From a candidate division WWE3 bacterium (lineage in GTDB: Bacteria; Patescibacteriota; 4484-211; GCA-002791395), in NCBI GenBank assembly GCA_013335095.1, contig JAAXWF010000001.1, positions 86,797 through 150,796 on the forward strand: DNA of 64,000 nt, written 5' to 3'. Within the stretch, counting starts at the first letter, position 1. Each line of letters opens with the position of its first letter. The notes under the pieces are model-generated. The model did no database searches. It was not told the origin of the DNA and worked only from the letters and a program-made list of their open reading frames with translations. This document shows, in pieces, positions 38,253 to 48,430 of the stretch. Position numbers and translations under genes: made by a program.

Positions 38253-38668
38253 GATTTCAATTTAATACCGCTCTTATTATCAGGTTTTTTACTATTTTAT
38301 CGGCCATTTCAATGATTATATCCCCAGTTGCGTCAGCCAATGCATTTGGCGTTGCGTGTCCAAAAGAATCTGAGGTTTATATTGCTCTATTTGATTCATG
38401 TTTAAGCTTTGGTCCAGCGATAAGCCTGACAATTAGTTGGTCGCTTGCTATTGGTACGGTACTCGCGTTAGCCAAGCTTGCCATTGGAGCAATTCAATTT
38501 TCATTCTCTACTGGGGAACCAGGTAAATTGGCAAATGCTCGAGCTACCTTAACCGATGCCTTCCTCGGCATCATTTTGATTGCATCAGCATGGATTATCT
38601 TTCGATTTATTTCCGGCTCACTTCCGGATCAATGGGATATTGATCTTCTCTTTTTCGATTTAAGTTAA
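38249..38668 (+). CDS. two-helix pilin-like protein (VirB2/TrbC-like domain), paralog 1
   Basis: A signal peptide, then hydrophobic helix 1, loop STGEPGKLANARATLTD, and helix 2 AFLGIILIASAWIIFRFISG. Its start overlaps the stop of the 771-aa gene. Confidence 0.5.
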   Translation: MRFQFNTALIIRFFTILSAISMIISPVASANAFGVACPKESEVYIALFDSCLSFGPAISLTISWSLAIGTVLALAKLAIGAIQFSFSTGEPGKLANARATLTDAFLGIILIASAWIIFRFISGSLPDQWDIDLLFFDLS

Positions 38669-38677
38669 TCGTTACCG

Positions 38678-39748
38678 ATGAAAAATATTAGTCATTTATT
38701 TATACCAGTTAAACATAACGATCATAGGCCGTACTTAACCCGCCATCCGGCATTAGCGCTATTTCTTCTTTTAATAATGACAGTTCAAACAACACTTAAT
38801 ATATTTACCTCAACAAGACCTCAGATCCTTGGATTTGCGACAAGTATCTATCAACAAGAGATCATCAGCTATACAAATCAGGAAAGAGAAAAAGATGGTT
38901 TGCCTGCATTAGTACATAACGCAAAGCTTGATGAAGCGGCAAAATTAAAAGCCCAAGATATGTTTGCCAAAAACTATTGGGCTCATGTTTCGCCAGATGG
39001 TATTGATCCGTGGCATTGGTTTGCCATGGTAAATTATGACTATACATCGGCTGGAGAGAATTTAGCCCAAGGTTTTGATACTTCGCGCGGAGTTATAAGT
39101 GGATGGATGGCTTCCCCATCACACCGAGAAAACATCTTATATAACAAATTTACTGAAATAGGAGTTGCGATCTTAAACGGCAATTTAGAAGGTGAAGATA
39201 CAACGTTGGTAGTTCAATTATTCGGAACCCCACCTGCTACAGCACCCGCCGTCGTCGCCCAAGCCCAACCGACAATAAAACCTACTGTAATAGCAACAAA
39301 AGCGCCTACACAAAAACCAGCTCCTACCGTTCAACTAATTCCGACAGATATCCCAGCATCCCCTACCGCAACGAGTACACCGTCCTCTCTGCAACAAGAG
39401 CTAGCAGTCCAGCCGACCAATTTACCGACACAAATAACTACAATAACAGACAACACACCAACCCCGAATCCAGAAGTCATAGTTGGCCCAAGTGGTGACT
39501 TCACGAATACTCCCCCCTCAAGACTGACAATGGTAATGGCGGCTGTAAGCGATTTACGAAACCTCAGTCCTGCCCGAATTTTTACCATAATAATGATTTC
39601 GTTTATTGTTATTCTTTTTCTGATAGATTCTATCGTGCTGTGGTACAAAAAAGTACACCGCCAAAATGCACACCGATTAATTTACGCCAGTATTCTGGTA
39701 ATCGCACTAATTAATATTATTTATTCGTCGGTTGGACTAGTATTGTAA
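38678..39748 (+). CDS. CAP (SCP/PR-1, YkwD-like) domain protein with Pro/Thr linker and C-terminal TM anchor
   Basis: EREKDGLPALVHNAKLDEAAKLKAQDMFAKNYWAHVSPDG...GENLAQGF...GWMASPSHRENIL matches the CAP domain. Confidence 0.75.
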   Translation: MKNISHLFIPVKHNDHRPYLTRHPALALFLLLIMTVQTTLNIFTSTRPQILGFATSIYQQEIISYTNQEREKDGLPALVHNAKLDEAAKLKAQDMFAKNYWAHVSPDGIDPWHWFAMVNYDYTSAGENLAQGFDTSRGVISGWMASPSHRENILYNKFTEIGVAILNGNLEGEDTTLVVQLFGTPPATAPAVVAQAQPTIKPTVIATKAPTQKPAPTVQLIPTDIPASPTATSTPSSLQQELAVQPTNLPTQITTITDNTPTPNPEVIVGPSGDFTNTPPSRLTMVMAAVSDLRNLSPARIFTIIMISFIVILFLIDSIVLWYKKVHRQNAHRLIYASILVIALINIIYSSVGLVL

Positions 39749-39749
39749 T

Positions 39750-40004
39750 ATGTATCATTTTATAAAACACCATATTTTTCAATACGCCATAATATTATTA
39801 TTATTCAGTGTCACTGTTACAAGTTTGTCGTCTAATATTGCTATTGGATATAAATTCCTGTTCTCTGGTATTGCGGTTGGAGTCTATTTCTTTTGGGCAA
39901 TATGGCATCACTGGGAGGATCATAAACTATCTTCAAAGACAATTCTAGAATATGCACTTTTGGTAACCCTCCTTCTTTGGCTGCTTTTGAATCTAGCAGT
40001 TTAA
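39750..40004 (+). CDS. small hypothetical membrane protein
   Basis: Two TM helices. Confidence 0.35.
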   Translation: MYHFIKHHIFQYAIILLLFSVTVTSLSSNIAIGYKFLFSGIAVGVYFFWAIWHHWEDHKLSSKTILEYALLVTLLLWLLLNLAV

Positions 40005-41212
40005 TCAACCGATAACGAAGATCTATCAAGATGTTCTAAATACTTACGTAATACAAACCCAGCCGCAAGTATGCTCATACCAAAGACAACCTGAAATAGT
40101 TGAGCAATTAACTTGTTATTTGAACCGATTCCAGTCTCTGGGAGCCGCTGAGCATCAGTACCTAATACAGCTGGCTTAATCAGGTTAGCGGGTGTTGAAA
40201 CAGCCGCTAGGACTTTTTCTGTCAATGTCTGTAGCGGTTGAATAATAGATTCTTGAAGTACTGTATTGTTATCACGTTCCTCAGATTCATTTTGCCGTCC
40301 TCCAATAGGTACCGAAGTTGGATAAACACTAATTCCAGGGTTTGGAGTAGGGCTTACAATGGCATTTGAGCTAACGTTATTTTCAACACGTGTCACCGCA
40401 GAGATCGAACCAGTTCTAATCATGCAACCCACATTATCGTTACAGTGATTATTTCCGGTATTTTGTATTTTATTAATCTGATTGGAAATTTCGATATTAT
40501 TAGTTTGATAAGCGGTTATAGAGCTCGACAGATTAACAAGAATGTTATTATTACTGCCATTCCCATTATTACTATTTGCCATATTCAATACTCCGTCTTC
40601 AAAACTTATAGGCAATGCCACATTTCTGCCCATATCATTGGTGACACTAACCTCATCGTAAATATTCCCTGTTGATATAACAACGTCACCTGAACTCCAC
40701 AAAGCACTATTATTACCCGTATTTGCATCGATATCCAGTGCATTACTTACAATTGAATTATTTGACTGCCCCCAATAGGGCTCGTTGTTAATATCGGCAC
40801 TAATAATATTTGTCGAAAAAGAACCATTATTGTCATTAGTAGAAGCAATATTACCTGCGTTATTATTTGTAACCTGGAGAGTATTAACATCACCCTCAGA
40901 ATTAACCAGAACAGAAGAATTAATATCTCCAGTTTCGAGTTTATTTTGACCATTATTATTTTGGATCACATTATCACCGGAGTTCAATAATTGATTGATA
41001 TCATTATTAATCGTCGTAGTATTTGATTGTAAAGCGCTCTGACTGCTTGTAATACTTACACTAGCACCATTAACACTATCAAGGCTATTAGAACTATTCG
41101 AGATAATTACGTTAGCATAAATAGGATTAACATATATAAGAGAAGATAAGGTCATACAGACCAACAGCTTCGGGGCAGTGACAGTCGTAGTAATCATTGA
41201 CCGACACTTCAT
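40001..41212 (-). CDS. N/S/T-rich secreted surface protein with LPxTG sortase sorting signal
   Basis: Signal peptide, low-complexity N/S/T-rich body with ANTGNN and NTGNNH repeats. The C-terminus is RLPETGIGS followed by a hydrophobic stretch and an RKYLEH tail. Confidence 0.7.
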   Translation of the reverse strand: MKCRSMITTTVTAPKLLVCMTLSSLIYVNPIYANVIISNSSNSLDSVNGASVSITSSQSALQSNTTTINNDINQLLNSGDNVIQNNNGQNKLETGDINSSVLVNSEGDVNTLQVTNNNAGNIASTNDNNGSFSTNIISADINNEPYWGQSNNSIVSNALDIDANTGNNSALWSSGDVVISTGNIYDEVSVTNDMGRNVALPISFEDGVLNMANSNNGNGSNNNILVNLSSSITAYQTNNIEISNQINKIQNTGNNHCNDNVGCMIRTGSISAVTRVENNVSSNAIVSPTPNPGISVYPTSVPIGGRQNESEERDNNTVLQESIIQPLQTLTEKVLAAVSTPANLIKPAVLGTDAQRLPETGIGSNNKLIAQLFQVVFGMSILAAGFVLRKYLEHLDRSSLSVD

Positions 41213-43512
41213 ATTGAGAGTAAAAACTTTTTTCGGATTACAAAGAATCCAGCAACCAATAAACTACTTATTAATATACCGACCTTCCACGGATTCAATT
41301 TTGGCCACTCAACTCGAGCACCCGCAACCTGAATATCAGAAGAACTATCATCTGTTGAAGAAGTCGCAGCGATCCGTTTAACTTTTAGTTTATCCGAAGT
41401 ATTACTGTTATCATTGTTAGAATCATTCTTAACAGACGCTCCTAATACAGATACTATAGACTTGCGAGAAGTGCCATTTATCGAGCTATTCTTACCCGTT
41501 GCATTTCGTTCAGGAGCCTTCACTGCATCATTATCTAGCACGGGGTGATTAGAAGAAGACTCAGTAGTACCAATTACTTCTAAAGCGATTGGCGTTGGGA
41601 AGGCTTGCACTTCTGAAGAAGAGTCCACAGCAACTTCGACAGAGACTTGCTGCTGATTTCCGATATTTTCATTGTTTGTATTGTTATCGTTATTCTCATG
41701 AGCGACTTCCTGCGCTTTATTAGTAAATTTACCCGTCCATTTCCCAAACAAATCATTGACTATGGTAAATACAACTCGTCCTCCTGCAAAATTGTTATTC
41801 AAAAAGTTCGTTATTGAGCTAACGATATTTACATCACCGGTGTTAATGCTTGTACTACCATCAAGATTATCCGCAATCTTGTTACCTCCAGTATTCGCAT
41901 TAATATTTATCGTATTATTAACGACAGCTTCATTAACTTGATTAATTGTGGTTGAATCTTCACGATTTACTACACCAGCATTCTCCGAATCTGTACCGTT
42001 ATTTGAATTATTAACATCAGATGAAATCTCGACAAGATCACCCGCACGATTTATATAATACGCTTTCAACTGTCCCCCTTGATTTAAGAATATTACATTC
42101 AAATCATCGCCAATAAAGTTTTGATTAGCAACAGTATTAACCTCGGCCGAAGTATTAACAGCTCCTGTTGTTATCGAATTTCCTTGCCCATCTCCATTAA
42201 TGTTATCTGATAATTTGTTTGACCCAGTGTTTGCGTCAATAACTAAAGTATTATTTATTGTGGCATTATTCTGTTGGTTGATTAATGTGTTTGATGAATC
42301 AGAGATTGTTCCATTATTAATTGAATTAGAGCCGTTACCTGAGTTATTAATTGCATAACTAGGATCAGCACTCTTTAATGGACTTTGATCAGGTAATACT
42401 ATATTGCCAGCAAAATCACCTAAAATATTTACGGTATTCACAACTAAGTCCGTGAGTGCAACAAAACTATTGTTGAGAAAATTAAATATATTCGCAACGA
42501 CGTTTGCATTACCAGTATTAATACTTGAATCACCAACGCTATCGGAAATCGTATTGGATCCTGTTTCTACGTCAATATTAATACTATTATCTACCTGTGA
42601 AAAATTATCAGTAGTAATAAATAAATTATTTCCACTTTGTATAATTCCAGAATTCACGCTGGATGATCCATTATTATCATTATTCACGCTTGCATCACCA
42701 TCACACGGGTTTATAGCGCTACAATTACTTGAGCCTGCGCTCAAAATAATATCTCCTGATTGATCGTCGGCTACATTAAACTCACTAGAAGAGATATCTG
42801 CACCCGTTAAATTAGTATTCGCAAAGTTGAAAATATTAACCGCACTTGTTACGTCTCCTGAATTAATAGTGCTACTACCACCTAGGTTATCGTGTATCTT
42901 ATTATCTCCAGTAACATAATCAACATTCACGCTGTTGTTAATATCTGTTTGATTCAATACATCGACAGTAGTGTCCGAAGCACCAGTTATGCTGCCGTTA
43001 TTCTCTGAACTCGCCTCATTTTGGATATTTGATACGCTAGTGTCTCCTCCATTTGAACCATCAAACAAACTCTGATTGTTATTCACATCATTATTGGTAT
43101 TAATAGATCCGTCAATAGAGCCGCTGTCGATTAAAGCGCTTCCTGAAAGATTATCATTATTATTCTGACCGCCATTAATTTGAGAATCGGGGTTATTCTG
43201 ACCACTATTTACAACTGTTGGAATTGGAGTCGGAGTTTTTGTTGGCTTTGGAGTCTTGGTTGGGATTGGTGTGTTAGAAATCTGGGTAACAGTAGGAACA
43301 CTTTGTGGCGTTGCCGTTGGTTGAATTGCTTGAGTCGGGGTTTGTGGAGGAGTCGGCATAGTCCAAACCGTAGTTGGCATAGCTGGTGGAGTAGGTATTG
43401 TTAAGGCTGGTGTTGGAGAAACATTAGTAACAGCGAAAGATAGTACTGGATTTACGATACTATATGCAATTTGTATTGTTATAAATGATTTTATTAATGT
43501 TTTGTTCATCAT
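41209..43512 (-). CDS. large N/T/S/G-rich secreted surface protein with Pro/Thr N-terminal linker and C-terminal TM anchor
   Basis: Signal peptide, PT-rich region, and repeated IDANTGSNKLSDN / INANTGGNKIADN motifs. ATGA overlaps the downstream gene. Confidence 0.6.
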   Translation of the reverse strand: MMNKTLIKSFITIQIAYSIVNPVLSFAVTNVSPTPALTIPTPPAMPTTVWTMPTPPQTPTQAIQPTATPQSVPTVTQISNTPIPTKTPKPTKTPTPIPTVVNSGQNNPDSQINGGQNNNDNLSGSALIDSGSIDGSINTNNDVNNNQSLFDGSNGGDTSVSNIQNEASSENNGSITGASDTTVDVLNQTDINNSVNVDYVTGDNKIHDNLGGSSTINSGDVTSAVNIFNFANTNLTGADISSSEFNVADDQSGDIILSAGSSNCSAINPCDGDASVNNDNNGSSSVNSGIIQSGNNLFITTDNFSQVDNSINIDVETGSNTISDSVGDSSINTGNANVVANIFNFLNNSFVALTDLVVNTVNILGDFAGNIVLPDQSPLKSADPSYAINNSGNGSNSINNGTISDSSNTLINQQNNATINNTLVIDANTGSNKLSDNINGDGQGNSITTGAVNTSAEVNTVANQNFIGDDLNVIFLNQGGQLKAYYINRAGDLVEISSDVNNSNNGTDSENAGVVNREDSTTINQVNEAVVNNTININANTGGNKIADNLDGSTSINTGDVNIVSSITNFLNNNFAGGRVVFTIVNDLFGKWTGKFTNKAQEVAHENNDNNTNNENIGNQQQVSVEVAVDSSSEVQAFPTPIALEVIGTTESSSNHPVLDNDAVKAPERNATGKNSSINGTSRKSIVSVLGASVKNDSNNDNSNTSDKLKVKRIAATSSTDDSSSDIQVAGARVEWPKLNPWKVGILISSLLVAGFFVIRKKFLLSI

Positions 43513-43593
43513 ATTTTTTCCTTCTACAAAAGGGTTTACCGCAGGAGAGAATAACTCCTCTCCTGACGGAAAACGCTCTTGCTTCTTTGCACA

Positions 43594-44799
43594 CTAACTG
43601 AGGAGATGCATTAGCATCATTAAAATGCTTGCACCATTCCAATCACCACTTAAATCATGAAGATCTGAGGTGGTGTCACCAATCACGTTTTGTCCTGCGG
43701 TATTATGTACCTCGACATCTGAATCTACGTCACCGGTATTCATATCATCTGAATTGTTATCAGAGATTTGATTATCTCCAGTGGCACCGTGTTGGTCTGC
43801 ATTATTATCGAAGGAGAGTTCATCATTGAACTGTTGGAACAGATCAGCAAAAGATAGTTCGAGACCAGCTTCGTTTTCTGTATCACGACCATTCTTTTCA
43901 TTAAGAACCTCAACATCGACATCACACATACAATCTCCTGCTGCAAGTACATTAGCACCAGCAGTATTGGCAATCTTGGCAGTCTGATCGACTGAGCCAG
44001 TTTCGGCAGCAGCTCCGCCTAGGTTATCCTTTGCGTCGTTGTCACCAGTGTTTGCATGTTGATCTAAATTGTTATCAACATCAACTTCATTTGATTGCAC
44101 CGCAACATTGGAGTGATTCACATTAGCGAAAACGCTATTTTCTGAATCTCGACCATTTGTTGAATTGGTTAAGGAGAATGAGCTAGATCCACCATTTCGT
44201 GAACCTAAGACAGCATGATTACCACCTGAGAGTGTTTCAACACTAGCATCTTGGTCAACATCTCCTGTTTGTACCGAGACTTCGGTATCAGAATTGTTGT
44301 CTTTCAAAGCATTATCGCCAGTATTAGCGTTTTGCTTAAGCTTGTTATTTACATCGACATTATTGGTTTGCATTAATGAAGATGCTTGTGTAGCGTTAAA
44401 TGCTGCAGTGTTTTCTGAATCTCGACCATTCTTTTCGTTAACGATCTCAACATCATAATCACAATCGCATTGTTGTAATTGCGCGACATTTTCACCAGCA
44501 TTGTTTACAACGCTTGCTTCCTGGTTTACATCACCAGTTTTAACATCGACACCTCCCAAATTGTCTTGTACTTTATTATCACCTGTATTAGCGTTTTGAT
44601 TGATATTGTTATCAATCTGAACATTATTAGTCTGATATACGCTAGATTCACGATTAATTTGAATCGTGCCTGAATTCTGGCTATCTCGACCGTTGGTGGA
44701 ATTCGTAATAGTATAAGTCGCAGCAAAAGCTGGTTGGGCCATTTGGAGCAGTAAAGCTCCGGTAGCTACTCCGGTTGCAATTTTTTGTGTTATTTTCAT
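43594..44799 (-). CDS. secreted repeat protein (four ~95-aa repeats with CDCD motifs)
   Basis: Signal peptide MKITQKIATGVATGALLLQMAQPAFA. The repeats contain NSTNGRDSQNS ... QNANTGDNKVQDN ... KTGDV ... CDCDYDVEIVNEKNGRDSEN. An AGGAGG RBS precedes the start. Confidence 0.6.
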   Translation of the reverse strand: MKITQKIATGVATGALLLQMAQPAFAATYTITNSTNGRDSQNSGTIQINRESSVYQTNNVQIDNNINQNANTGDNKVQDNLGGVDVKTGDVNQEASVVNNAGENVAQLQQCDCDYDVEIVNEKNGRDSENTAAFNATQASSLMQTNNVDVNNKLKQNANTGDNALKDNNSDTEVSVQTGDVDQDASVETLSGGNHAVLGSRNGGSSSFSLTNSTNGRDSENSVFANVNHSNVAVQSNEVDVDNNLDQHANTGDNDAKDNLGGAAAETGSVDQTAKIANTAGANVLAAGDCMCDVDVEVLNEKNGRDTENEAGLELSFADLFQQFNDELSFDNNADQHGATGDNQISDNNSDDMNTGDVDSDVEVHNTAGQNVIGDTTSDLHDLSGDWNGASILMMLMHLLS

Positions 44800-44861
44800 T
44801 CTATTCACCTCCTTTCGCAATTAGTCCCTTGTATAAGTGTTATCTTTATTTAACTAGGGCT

Positions 44862-45443
44862 TTAAAACTTAACTGATAAATTATCTTTATTTCCATCGAG
44901 CTCTCCAATTTGAATTGCAAAATCTTTAGCATCGTGCTCTACAATAAACCCAAAGTTACTCTTTTTAGTTGACTGAGGACGGACCTCGACATTACCTTGA
45001 TGAACTTGAGGTGCAACTTTGCCACCATCAGATTCAACAAGTCTCACTAAATCAAGAGGATTAAGATAGAGCACTTGATTACTGTCGTTCTTCAATGAAA
45101 CTTCAAATATTAAAAAAGCTTTACCATTTCTTGCTGTTGCACGATTACCTTTTACTAAAACTTCTTCCTGTTTTTGAACCGTAGTAATTTTTAGGTTTAT
45201 ATTTGCATCAGTAAAGTAGCCTTGTGCATCTCGAGCGATAAAATTATATTCTTTATTCAGAGTCTTTGAAGCTATGACACCTTCGGCATCATTTGTTTTT
45301 GATTTTGAAATAAAATAACTTCGAATACCTATCCCCATACCCACGACGACAATTATCATAACTAGCAAAAATATTTTATTTGAGATGAGTGATTTCATGA
45401 GTGGTTTTGACTGATTTGTTGTTTTCATATTTTTTGTATTCAT
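44862..45443 (-). CDS. membrane-anchored DUF4352-like protein
   Basis: N-terminal TM helix followed by a beta-rich domain. Confidence 0.4.
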   Translation of the reverse strand: MNTKNMKTTNQSKPLMKSLISNKIFLLVMIIVVVGMGIGIRSYFISKSKTNDAEGVIASKTLNKEYNFIARDAQGYFTDANINLKITTVQKQEEVLVKGNRATARNGKAFLIFEVSLKNDSNQVLYLNPLDLVRLVESDGGKVAPQVHQGNVEVRPQSTKKSNFGFIVEHDAKDFAIQIGELDGNKDNLSVKF

Positions 45444-45444
45444 A

Positions 45445-45498
45445 TCAAAAAAGGCACGGAATATTTAACAAATAAGTAGTTGTTAAATATTCCGTGCC
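45445..45498 (-). terminator. rho-independent terminator with a perfect 19-bp stem
   Basis: ggcacggaatatttaacaa-ataagtag-ttgttaaatattccgtgcc. On the minus strand it is followed by ttttttga, just downstream of the YezD-like gene. Confidence 0.6.
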
Positions 45499-45574
45499 TC
45501 CGATTGCGGTCAGCTTTGTTTGTTAGATTGTTTACATAATTTAACAATCCCAATTCCTAATGTCAATAACTATT

Positions 45575-45781
45575 TCATTTACTATCGGTAGATTGCCTTT
45601 TATCCGGCAAAACACCACTATTGGGATCTAGTTTTTTTATTGTTCGCTCAGTAATTTGGGTAACCTGATAATCTTGTATATAGATTTCAACACTCCCATA
45701 AGATTTATTCTTAATAGCATCAGTGATTGCCTCAAGCAGCTCAGAGCTAATACTCTTGGTTGAAAAATTATATTTAGCCAT
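45575..45781 (-). CDS. YezD/DUF2292 family small protein
   Basis: AITDAIKNKSYGSVEIYIQDYQVTQITERTIKKL matches the GSVEIxIxDxxVVQI core. Confidence 0.55.
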   Translation of the reverse strand: MAKYNFSTKSISSELLEAITDAIKNKSYGSVEIYIQDYQVTQITERTIKKLDPNSGVLPDKRQSTDSK

Positions 45782-45944
45782 AGCTATATTAAAAAACAAT
45801 GGTCAGTGAGGAAAATCGCAGCCTTGAGTTGTAGGCTGTTCACAATTATAGGGAGAGCTTATTTAGTGTCAATAGGATCGTCAATTAATCCCTTTGTAGA
45901 AGTTCAAATTGACATCAATACTTTTTGGCCGTATTATTCGCTTT

Positions 45945-47111
45945 ATGTCGAGACGAACAAATATCCAATACAAGAAAGCATTCGTTACGCTTTTTTTAAC
46001 AATGGTATTCTCTACTAAATTTGCAACTCATGTTACGGCAGCAACCTTTATAGCTGAAAATGCTCCTAAATTAAATAAAGAAGAAACCGTCGATGGGAAC
46101 TTCTATTCCCGTGGCAATCTAGTATCTGTCAATGGCACAATCCACGGAAATGCATATATAGCAGGCCAAACAGTAACAATTACTGGAAAAATCGATAAAG
46201 ACTTAACCGTTGCGGGACAAAACATCATACTTGATGAAGCATCAATATCAGGTGATGTGCGTTTATTTGGTGGCGAGGTCACGATACGAAAATCAGAAAT
46301 AGGAGACGAAGTAATTGTAGCTGCGGCAAAATTAAATATAGGTAAGGATACAAAAATTAACGGAACTACCATGGTAGCATCTGGAGAGTCCGTTATTGAT
46401 GCAAGCATTGGCGAGGATCTTATTACGGCATCAGGGTCACTTTCAAGTTCGGCAATTATTAACGGATCAGTATACATTGGAGGACGAAGTATTTCATTGT
46501 CTCCTGAAGCCCAGGTTCAAGGAGATATTTTCTACTCCTCAGACAACAAAGCACAAATAGATCCATCCACGAAGATTACGGGACAAGTCCACCAATTTCC
46601 ACCACTTCAAAGCGCACCTTCCAATAATCACATTCGCCTCACTATTTGGGGAATATTAACGTCACTAGTTTTAGGCTTTACCATCATTAGCCTTTTTTAC
46701 CATAAAACTTATGAACTATCCCAAATACTTATAGAGAGGACTTGGAGTTCATTTGGATGGGGGTTTGCAACGATTATACTTACTCCGATAATTAGTGTGT
46801 TATTAATCACTACGTTAATAGGATTACCATTAGGTATTATTACATTATTTTTCTATATACTTGCCATTTATATCAGTCGCATTTTTATGGCATATACACT
46901 AGGTCGATTATTTATCGGTCGTGGCAACACCGATACTTCACAGAGACGATGGTATACTCTCGGTGCTGGTATTCTCGCGTACTTCATAATCACCTCTATT
47001 CCATTTATAGGGCCTATATTCACCCTGTTTAGTATTACATTAGTCTTAGGGGCGATGTTTATTGAAGGTCGCCATTGGTTTATTTCTAGAAATGTCAAAG
47101 AAAACAACTAA
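45945..47111 (+). CDS. secreted beta-helical repeat protein (YvlB/DUF4097 or bactofilin-like repeats) with C-terminal multi-TM anchor
   Basis: Repetitive G-x-hydrophobic periodicity (VNGTIHGNAYIAGQTVTITGKIDKDLTVAGQNIILD...), then four TM helices. Confidence 0.45.
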   Translation: MSRRTNIQYKKAFVTLFLTMVFSTKFATHVTAATFIAENAPKLNKEETVDGNFYSRGNLVSVNGTIHGNAYIAGQTVTITGKIDKDLTVAGQNIILDEASISGDVRLFGGEVTIRKSEIGDEVIVAAAKLNIGKDTKINGTTMVASGESVIDASIGEDLITASGSLSSSAIINGSVYIGGRSISLSPEAQVQGDIFYSSDNKAQIDPSTKITGQVHQFPPLQSAPSNNHIRLTIWGILTSLVLGFTIISLFYHKTYELSQILIERTWSSFGWGFATIILTPIISVLLITTLIGLPLGIITLFFYILAIYISRIFMAYTLGRLFIGRGNTDTSQRRWYTLGAGILAYFIITSIPFIGPIFTLFSITLVLGAMFIEGRHWFISRNVKENN

Positions 47112-48180
47112 AATCACAACCGAAGCACTTCCCACTCAACCCCAATCACAACATGCACTTTCTGTGTATATATTCTGCGGCAGCCTAACACTCATTTCTA
47201 GTCTCGGTTTTTGGTTAGGTCTCAACGCTTCACTAAAATATCCATATGTCGCTATTCAAGGATCGTCTAATTTTTATTGGAATGATATTGGATTAATGGC
47301 AATTTCGTATCTAACTATTTTTACCATGATTGTATTCATATCTGGGTTGGTAAAAAATCCACTAGTCCGTCGTAGCCTTCTGGCAATTATCCCACTTACA
47401 ATATCTATATTTGCAATGAGGTTTATATTTACTCTAGGCTTAACATTTCTTCTCCTTCTTGTCATCCTAGCAGTAGATTATTTCAGCCATAAAGATATTA
47501 GTAACCAGGTTATCCCTAATCTACGACAGATTTACATGACTCGCCTATCCTGGATAAGCACAGTGTTTGCATTAATAATCGCAATACTAGTTTATTATAG
47601 TGGACCATCAAACCTAGATAAAATTCATTTATCTGTCCCGTCTTCGTTCTTTGACCAAGCAGCAAACGTATCGCGACCACTCTTAGAAGAACAGATTAAG
47701 CAACAACAGAACAAATTAATAGATAAAATAATTCTTCAGCTCGAAACGCAGTTCCCTGGATTAAAAGAGGTTAATTATCAGGATAAAGTCGAATTGCTTT
47801 CGGGTACAATTACGCCAGAAGTTCGTAAGGCGCTCTCTTCACAAGGATTTTCAGACAACCAAATAGAACAGATTGCGACGCAACTAAAGGAAAACATGCC
47901 TCAAGAAACATCACAGCCACAAGTAAACATCATTAATGAAACCATTGATCAGGCTAAAAAAGATCTCCAAAGTATTGTCAATAATTTCATTGATCAAAAT
48001 ATCAACATGGTACCTGGTATTTTATCTGCGACAATTTTCCTATTTTTCAATTTTATTGGAATACTATTTAACTTAGTTGCAGTTGGGCTGGCAATAATTT
48101 TTATAAGAATTCTCAAGAGATTTGGCTGGATAAGAATTGAAACCAAGCAGATTGATGCGCAGACCTATACAATAGCCTGA
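47092..48180 (+). CDS. hypothetical polytopic membrane protein
   Basis: Multiple TM helices flanking a central hydrophilic region. Confidence 0.45.
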   Translation: MSKKTTKITTEALPTQPQSQHALSVYIFCGSLTLISSLGFWLGLNASLKYPYVAIQGSSNFYWNDIGLMAISYLTIFTMIVFISGLVKNPLVRRSLLAIIPLTISIFAMRFIFTLGLTFLLLLVILAVDYFSHKDISNQVIPNLRQIYMTRLSWISTVFALIIAILVYYSGPSNLDKIHLSVPSSFFDQAANVSRPLLEEQIKQQQNKLIDKIILQLETQFPGLKEVNYQDKVELLSGTITPEVRKALSSQGFSDNQIEQIATQLKENMPQETSQPQVNIINETIDQAKKDLQSIVNNFIDQNINMVPGILSATIFLFFNFIGILFNLVAVGLAIIFIRILKRFGWIRIETKQIDAQTYTIA

Positions 48181-48190
48181 AAACAATCAC

Positions 48191-48430
48191 ATGATTTGGT
48201 TACCCATCAGACATCGGCTACAATCAGAACTTATAAAAAGAGGATATTGTGTCGGATGTGCACATTCCCTGGCTAATGAACTCCGCGAGGAACATCCTCA
48301 AAAAACTAATATGCACATAGTGTATTGTAATTGTGGAAGAATATATTTATACGATCTACGGATAAACCAATACCGGCGTGCATTACCAGAAGAAGTTCCA
48401 ACAAATAGTCCCCAAAAACATGGTGAATAA
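48191..48430 (+). CDS. small zinc-ribbon-like protein (uncertain)
   Basis: Two Cys pairs, CVGC...CNCG. It overlaps the truB start. Confidence 0.3.
   Translation: MIWLPIRHRLQSELIKRGYCVGCAHSLANELREEHPQKTNMHIVYCNCGRIYLYDLRINQYRRALPEEVPTNSPQKHGE

Noticed and set aside
40001-44820. Possible CRISPR array suggested by repetitive DNA
   Set aside because: The repeats are in-frame coding repeats of surface proteins, with variable length and degenerate units. They are not the regular short direct repeats with unique spacers of a CRISPR array.
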